A stretch of DNA of 64,000 bases from a virus (taxonomy: Duplodnaviria > Caudoviricetes). A model generated the notes under the pieces. The model was not told where the DNA came from. It saw only the letters and a program-made list of their open reading frames with translations, and ran no database searches. The position numbers and the translations under genes were made by a program. The stretch's first letter is position 1, and each line of letters begins with the position of its first letter. The stretch lies in IMG/VR virus record IMGVR_UViG_3300012983_000001, positions 64,001 through 128,000 of that record. The stretch is one strand, 5' to 3'. Below are positions 60,401 through 64,000 of this stretch, in pieces.

Positions 60401-63400
60401 ATCGTTTCATGAAGAATTCTTTAAACTCAGTATTATTAGCAACTCGCATTAAGTATTCGGTTGCATGGCGTCCTTCTGTAATCGCTAAACCAGATGCTTT
60501 ACCGAATGCTTCAACAACTTTTTGTGCGGTATTCAGGTTATCTGCTGAATCAATAGCTACAGCGGCCTTGAAGATAGAATACAATCCTTCACTCACTTTT
60601 GCTTCATACGCCTGAATAAAATCACTTGGCGTGAATTCTGCAATACGACGTACAACTTTTTTGCCATCTACTTCAGTAATGTAGCCTCTATAAGATGCGG
60701 AGGCAGATAAATCATCCAAATATCTATTTTGAGCACGACGTACAGCATCTGTTGCTGCTCTGTATTCTCCATGTAACGTATGTTCAATAGCATGGCCATT
60801 TGCCATTCTAATGGTAGATAAGAATCCATACTCACCACTATTATAGTATGCCGCAAGTGTTCCATCACTAAAATCACGAACTTGTAATTCTGGAATGATA
60901 ATCTTTTCCATTGAACCAGTGTGTCCTTGTGTGATGGTACGTAATGTACCTTCGCTTAACTGGTATTCGTTAATTTTAGGTATCTCAATAAATGATGCAT
61001 AATCACTGATAGATTCTGCACCAACAACTGCACTATGATACTGTTCTGGGTCCAATAAAGTATAACGATTAGTAAAGTCAAATTTACCATCCATAAGAGC
61101 AGTATAAAATCTATTCATGTCCTGTTCTCTGGTCATAAACAGATATGCATTACCGTCTTCTGGTTGCGCAATAAATGCACGCAAACCCTGGTCAAGATAG
61201 TTGTTAATGGCATAACTAGTTGGCTCGCCATTGCTTGTTGTCTTATTGAATAATTCTATAAGTAACTTAGCTTCATCACTATTTGGAGCAATGTTAAGTT
61301 TAGAAGCAATGGTGTTCATGTGATTTTCAAATGCTTCTCGATTTGCATAACGACTGCTAACATAGAAAGTTTCTGGTCTCTCAGCGATTGCATCACGAAT
61401 AATGTCTTGCATATCGGTTTTTGATGCCTCATAGACTTCACTTAGTTTCAGCGTCTTTTTACCTCTTGGTTTCTTGTATTGAATAATTGCGTCACTTTCA
61501 AGGTCCACACCTAACAAATGCATGTTTTTACGTTTGCCACTTGCTGCAAAAACATTATCAATACTTTGAGTTGCACTTGTATATTTGTCCATATATCCAG
61601 ATATTGCATAACCGAGGTCTTGCGAAATGCTATACAATTCATCCGCAGGCAAAGAGGTCATTTGTTGATAAGCTCGTTGGAATGCCTCTTCGTCAAGTAT
61701 GCCGCGTTTATTAAGGTCTGTTAAAATAGTCTGCGCTTCGCTAATATCAAGACCTTGAAAGATTCTATTGATATCATATGTTATTGTATTTGCACTGTAA
61801 CCATTGATTCTGCGAATACTACCATCTGGCATTTCCACATCAATACCAAGAGCGTCAGACATTACTGCATATGATTCTTTAGCTGAATATCTTTCGTATT
61901 TGTTATCAAGATAAGCCATTGCTTGTGTGTATGCTCTCTGTACATCAATAGTTTTATCCATGTTGTTTGCATTACCATGCGTGGCTTGTACTGTTTCAAC
62001 GATTTGACGAAGTAATGGTCTTTCATTTTGAAGCTTATCATACATACCCACGAAAGCCTGGGCCTGATAATGACTTCTAATTGGTACAGGACTAGGGTTT
62101 TCTGCATTGTAATGTGTTTCAACATATCGCATTAACTCTCTAGCGGATTCACTAGTTGGCTTAATATCAAAACGTTCTTCAGCAGGTAGACTATCTAAAT
62201 CATCCATGAATTTTAAGTATTGTTGTAACGTTTCAAAACCATAGATATTGTCTTTACCATCTAAACCAACATTAACTGGGTCAATTAACTTACTAAATTC
62301 TCTACGACCAAAATCTCTATAATGAAATGCTTGTTGTTTTATCGCATCACCAGAAGTTACTTGTGCGCTAGTAAAAATACTTGAGTTATGCACTAATGTT
62401 TCTAATGCTTCTGTTTCAGAACCATACACTAAAGAGACCTTAGTAGTTCCATCGTCTACAAGGTTATCAAGCGTTAAAACATATTTGGTTTCGCCATCCA
62501 GCTCTACATAATGAGAATGTTCTTTATCAATGGTCCAATATTCATTTGTAAAAGAATAATTAGGCACAGGACTACCGTCAATAATGGCCATGTCTTGCGC
62601 ATGTTTGTGCTGTAAAGAGCCTCTATGAATTAAAAATATACTATCGTCAATGGTACTTTGAGATTTATATGAATCTGCAAAATCTTGTAATTGCTTAGTA
62701 CCATCCAGGACTTCTTGCATACGAATATCCAATAAGCGTCCTTCATTATCAACATCGGCATCACCTCGATGTATCTGTGACGCATTAATGCGTGTTACTC
62801 GTAATTGTTCATCTACAGAAGCACCTGCTCTAGTACCATATGTATTTTCAAAATATGAATTCACTGACTGCGAATTACTAGCTGCCAATGCTCTTGCTGA
62901 ATAGATAACGTCTAATATACTACCTCTAACAGAAGCGATTTCACTTGCATCAACACCTAATACTTTTGCTGTATTTACGAGTGCGTCTATATCAAATTGA
63001 CTATTTGCACCAAAAAGTACAGCGTTATCGTCATGAATAGCATCAGTAATTTCACCAATCAACATCGGTAATAGTTCATTTGGCTTTGCAACTTGATATG
63101 CATTATGTAAATTTTTGATACCTGCCCTAAATGCTGTGGCTGTACGAGTTTCTGCTGATAATTCACCAGCTACTTTAAAAGTTCTGCCATCAACTACTTC
63201 ATTACGGATAGCATCGCGACCACTATACATGCTTATACGTTTTAACGTAGTTTGCTCTGCATTATCACGCTCATTAAGACCATCCCAGCCAACTTTTTCA
63301 AACTTGTCAACTAAGCTTAATAAATAATCTCTTTGGGCATCATTAATACCAAAAATATACGAACGACCTGTGCGTGTTACATTACCACTATTATCATAAA

Positions 63401-63815
63401 TACGTGTACCAATCGCAAGCTCAGTTATACCAAACTGAGCTGCGTCTGTACCAGGTTTAGTAATATTACCAAATGTTTCTAAGTCGAAACCTAATGCACG
63501 TCCGCCATTTTGACGAATCTGTGCAAATTTTTGCCATTCATCCATTGCATCAAGGGTTTGCAAAACAGCCTTGTTGTCCCTGGAATCAAGCATTCTAAAT
63601 AAACCATCTAGTGGGAAAGAAGAAGGTTGTTTAGAATGGTTCCATATTTGATTAAAGTTTGCTTCAAGACGTTCAGTACGGGCATTCCAGAAATCATCGT
63701 ATGTACCATTACCTTGTTCTACCCATTCGTTCGAAGTAAGACCATTAATTTTAAATACATTGTTTTGTCTTGCCCATATATCATGTAATCTAAAATTAAA
63801 TCCATAGACGTCCAT
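54411..63815 (-). CDS. Giant single-chain two-barrel RNA polymerase with an N-terminal DEDDh exonuclease domain (putative virion RNAP)
   Basis: D111-x-E113, N271..D275, H349-x4-D354; K1448-x7-K1456-G; R2131-Y-P; N-V-D2168-F-D2170-G-D2172; C-terminal hydrophobic helix. Confidence 0.8.
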   Translation of the reverse strand: MDVYGFNFRLHDIWARQNNVFKINGLTSNEWVEQGNGTYDDFWNARTERLEANFNQIWNHSKQPSSFPLDGLFRMLDSRDNKAVLQTLDAMDEWQKFAQIRQNGGRALGFDLETFGNITKPGTDAAQFGITELAIGTRIYDNSGNVTRTGRSYIFGINDAQRDYLLSLVDKFEKVGWDGLNERDNAEQTTLKRISMYSGRDAIRNEVVDGRTFKVAGELSAETRTATAFRAGIKNLHNAYQVAKPNELLPMLIGEITDAIHDDNAVLFGANSQFDIDALVNTAKVLGVDASEIASVRGSILDVIYSARALAASNSQSVNSYFENTYGTRAGASVDEQLRVTRINASQIHRGDADVDNEGRLLDIRMQEVLDGTKQLQDFADSYKSQSTIDDSIFLIHRGSLQHKHAQDMAIIDGSPVPNYSFTNEYWTIDKEHSHYVELDGETKYVLTLDNLVDDGTTKVSLVYGSETEALETLVHNSSIFTSAQVTSGDAIKQQAFHYRDFGRREFSKLIDPVNVGLDGKDNIYGFETLQQYLKFMDDLDSLPAEERFDIKPTSESARELMRYVETHYNAENPSPVPIRSHYQAQAFVGMYDKLQNERPLLRQIVETVQATHGNANNMDKTIDVQRAYTQAMAYLDNKYERYSAKESYAVMSDALGIDVEMPDGSIRRINGYSANTITYDINRIFQGLDISEAQTILTDLNKRGILDEEAFQRAYQQMTSLPADELYSISQDLGYAISGYMDKYTSATQSIDNVFAASGKRKNMHLLGVDLESDAIIQYKKPRGKKTLKLSEVYEASKTDMQDIIRDAIAERPETFYVSSRYANREAFENHMNTIASKLNIAPNSDEAKLLIELFNKTTSNGEPTSYAINNYLDQGLRAFIAQPEDGNAYLFMTREQDMNRFYTALMDGKFDFTNRYTLLDPEQYHSAVVGAESISDYASFIEIPKINEYQLSEGTLRTITQGHTGSMEKIIIPELQVRDFSDGTLAAYYNSGEYGFLSTIRMANGHAIEHTLHGEYRAATDAVRRAQNRYLDDLSASASYRGYITEVDGKKVVRRIAEFTPSDFIQAYEAKVSEGLYSIFKAAVAIDSADNLNTAQKVVEAFGKASGLAITEGRHATEYLMRVANNTEFKEFFMKRLFTGTVASDISLQGIISGPEFDKNIFDIITETVERDTTHTFHQSVGEALKKIQTKGINQVLSESASEKGIVSYVRPGDYNDAASLYSTLRPTYHQQNNSMWFSPSRFDMKKFIGFEEHALRVGTNVITEKEYKDKMALAASGYQPIDGEDYALRERSMIARVKQINDYDLIMRYQELEEDVAMAKQLGISESRYGKAVEYFEQEFMSLHEGKIFIAPGLNEQELFQAKDGKKIMFDKDIVDEARSKSMLARLAHDGTVVTRDTPIAITPDDTLIYYDGPDTVFTRENIDEFFDWGSSSVIPLHGDIADTKIMINGAEKGTVHSINMTKFMEYTGITDSQKALRVANSLFAKVSDGAVVMANLGLEKHGNIVSTHSLWNTITSQYTERGQGQALVNHLNRMITEANPAFRGINKFQFIDGHIISSSSDAHNFSYAIETLYDQIKNNTILSTSINESIVEEIEEMYATGTYNARIQRQSMNEHMGTRMVYDQRIEQGIRTRGMQMGGDGIDPIDNEWADTLRYYSEHYNAQGTGLAQNDQTDLQQYINVYGQQKNANRIHLLNGKSEIQRSAKGIVESLMYYYNPEKYGAEGKNIVNININDLIDESSRLKGGMTTKELRNSIFFVDGKPSDFLKKAARKSGVNLDNKSYSIFIDLNDVSFSVKDKFGYRDFKGVMIPIQTVFTGATDKTYFQSQQSTVSHFVNQLIDITTNPSRYTKQGGIKQALSAAYSSTMTSLSKQLGFLDKQGDVYKAFQQYIMPTSQELLAQDEASPLVKAMMTPELKALKKRKDRLERILKINPDNKAVIKELEDEVYAPLKKELSKISKRILEDDSYYSELMSLSSNDNLRKAAEVMIDGKKQYGLAVAISKEAFERQGISVGAVGLQAYSDWETGNYKFERIKEYHHKFAGRKTTIARKLNALNIEGLHIDSKKSITGQLNDFVARRYGQTPGGLDIKALNQAIINSEQGSILKVFDEEIGTMYLSEVGTFGEITRYPTFRSQAMTRVILDTTLTGTQVRGSSAVFSSLNNVDFDGDKQFLSILTDGMSIIRTDTKINGTQVFDTATEIYNRFAARESRSLLAELVNDIGLFGSDDPNASTRQYAAMLKKMKPKEYESAIMAWAKDNSIRVSSIDNLSDAQIFAAETSKQMHDTFVHMKFNTMTDEDSIIASIASRFRKKNIGSISTPNYTMRNALLTAMTDPKLALSQKQLLNDTYVSLSNMLSKAGGFFSETEQKSIDVKHADDGLRIAKTTRYSTGMSLLFGNSKHSPESNMKGIRNILEAVNSGLFKASDRELDDMARLVVNSTLEDFNRAIQSAKDAGQKTANLENLRTLRRLLDVQKEIPDFHKYYADRLLHGSLDESIYHTIEELNKQGLDKLSERYVGTGFYNVLDIFANSFSAPKDPYTVNDIYFDIGTLDRWQDKSYIYKGNNRFVEIDLSTGKEIGKPFSTKRTFESVLSHGVNIQDYMESISLQERTSSGLTKRKFEKTLNSVLLDDEGKVLTELPQSFKKIGETRNGLAKYGSAWQGVNQLLIGSKTAGRTTPVIYANINRLAQTYDYAVSKGFFDTRKDPSSAGELIKSINKQIADNPRSRDEERGFIFDEEYDTILRKELIQRFGSEENLERYASEAQLMDFFDKKTYQETLDFLKKNTYDIIEERRNIEGSFANVQVELDGLRHQGVSDDELKSLQDIVDNSMQRADEIITKLKAENQPVIKKTQQDIYALFQSEAQMDAFFGWKQPSDDSIVGFGDFIGKRFDSLVMTDIQEIQQAGIEAQKSIKTMSHTEAYALTNTLNALSNYRPVAQTSAHSGLKNTPLVNDLIAEHKKAIGAVHDALETRTPEQVQEAVKRAAERHVKKKTVSGQFWQSTKDAFGKMPKKTIGIAVASMAALGVANNLLHNDKAQSPLTPARNNNNNQPETRSPRPQQAPMSKKATVYHDRASGFNFNVSAKTQNYINDMNNAKLIGMSGGGNTSVYSQADTSGVTDNWLANKFAELM

Positions 63816-63833
63816 TCTAAATTCCCTCCTGTT

Positions 63834-64000
63834 TTATATATCTAATCCTGCTATCTGCTGTGATACATCATTACGAGCATCTCTTTGAATATACAAGGAT
63901 GTTTTAGTGCCATATGAAGACTGCATAAAACTTGTTTGTATATCGTTATAACCAGCCCTACCAAGAATCTGATTGAGTCTAATCTGTACTTGTCGAGGAT
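63834..64000 (-). CDS. C-terminal end of an upstream gene (partial)
   Basis: Open frame PRQVQIRLNQILGRAGYNDIQTSFMQSSYGTKTSLYIQRDARNDVSQQIAGLDI* ending just before the AGGAGGG RBS of the giant gene. Confidence 0.7.
   Translation of the reverse strand, partial: PRQVQIRLNQILGRAGYNDIQTSFMQSSYGTKTSLYIQRDARNDVSQQIAGLDI

Larger units (their letters stand above)
1..64000 (-). mobile_element. Segment of a large contractile-tailed bacteriophage genome (lytic or prophage status not determinable)
   Basis: Tightly packed co-oriented genes: baseplate J/wedge/spike/hub, tail fibres, primase, helicase, RNR, sigma factor, endolysin-holin; no host housekeeping genes and no integrase or att site in the window. 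Confidence 0.95.

Noticed and set aside
356-63327. Numerous short plus-strand ORFs and nested minus-strand ORFs in the ORF track
   Set aside because: They are antisense or alternative-frame shadows of long coding genes, with no recognisable motifs
54411-63815. Plain tape measure protein or N4-type (T7-like) virion RNAP
   Set aside because: It lacks periodic TMP repeats over most of its length, and its motifs (K-x7-KG, RxP, DFDGD) are two-barrel type rather than T7-like
1-64000. Stop-codon reassignment, as seen in some gut phages
   Set aside because: Code 11 gives near-complete coding density, and TAG and TGA stops are followed by proper RBS/start pairs
1-64000. CRISPR array, tRNA genes, introns or inteins (including in nrdD and the helicase)
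   Set aside because: No spaced direct repeats and no intergenic room for tRNAs; nrdD and the helicase are uninterrupted and not enlarged

Overview
The whole window is a segment of a large tailed phage with a contractile tail, and every credible gene is on the minus strand. The host is probably an anaerobic Firmicute, judging from strong AGGAGG ribosome-binding sites, sigma-A-type promoters, a class III ribonucleotide reductase and an LL-H-like holin. In transcription order (right to left) the window holds: the end of an upstream gene; a 3134-aa giant protein; a 1925-aa baseplate hub/tail lysin; spike, wedge and baseplate-J genes; about 30 kb of tail-fibre and accessory virion genes (Ig-like, FN3, vWA, lectin-like); a small promoter-terminator unit; a replication and nucleotide-metabolism block (Rad52-like SSAP, AEP primase, dUTPase, DnaB-like helicase, NrdH/NrdD/NrdG, PD-(D/E)XK-like protein, RuvC); a phage sigma factor; and endolysin plus holin. 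The main finding is the 3134-aa protein (54411-63815). It carries correctly spaced catalytic motifs of a two-barrel (cellular-type) RNA polymerase in a single chain: beta-like K-x7-K-G, beta'-like R-x-P and NVDFDGD. These are fused to an N-terminal DEDDh 3'-5' exonuclease domain and a C-terminal hydrophobic helix, and the gene sits where a tape measure gene normally lies, so it is a candidate virion-injected RNA polymerase with an unusual architecture. Other notable items are a hub protein with three different peptidoglycan hydrolases plus a glycine zipper, two candidate programmed frameshifts, a candidate ~85-nt sRNA, and a redoxin-type NrdD. All calls come from reading motifs by eye; no database searches were run.
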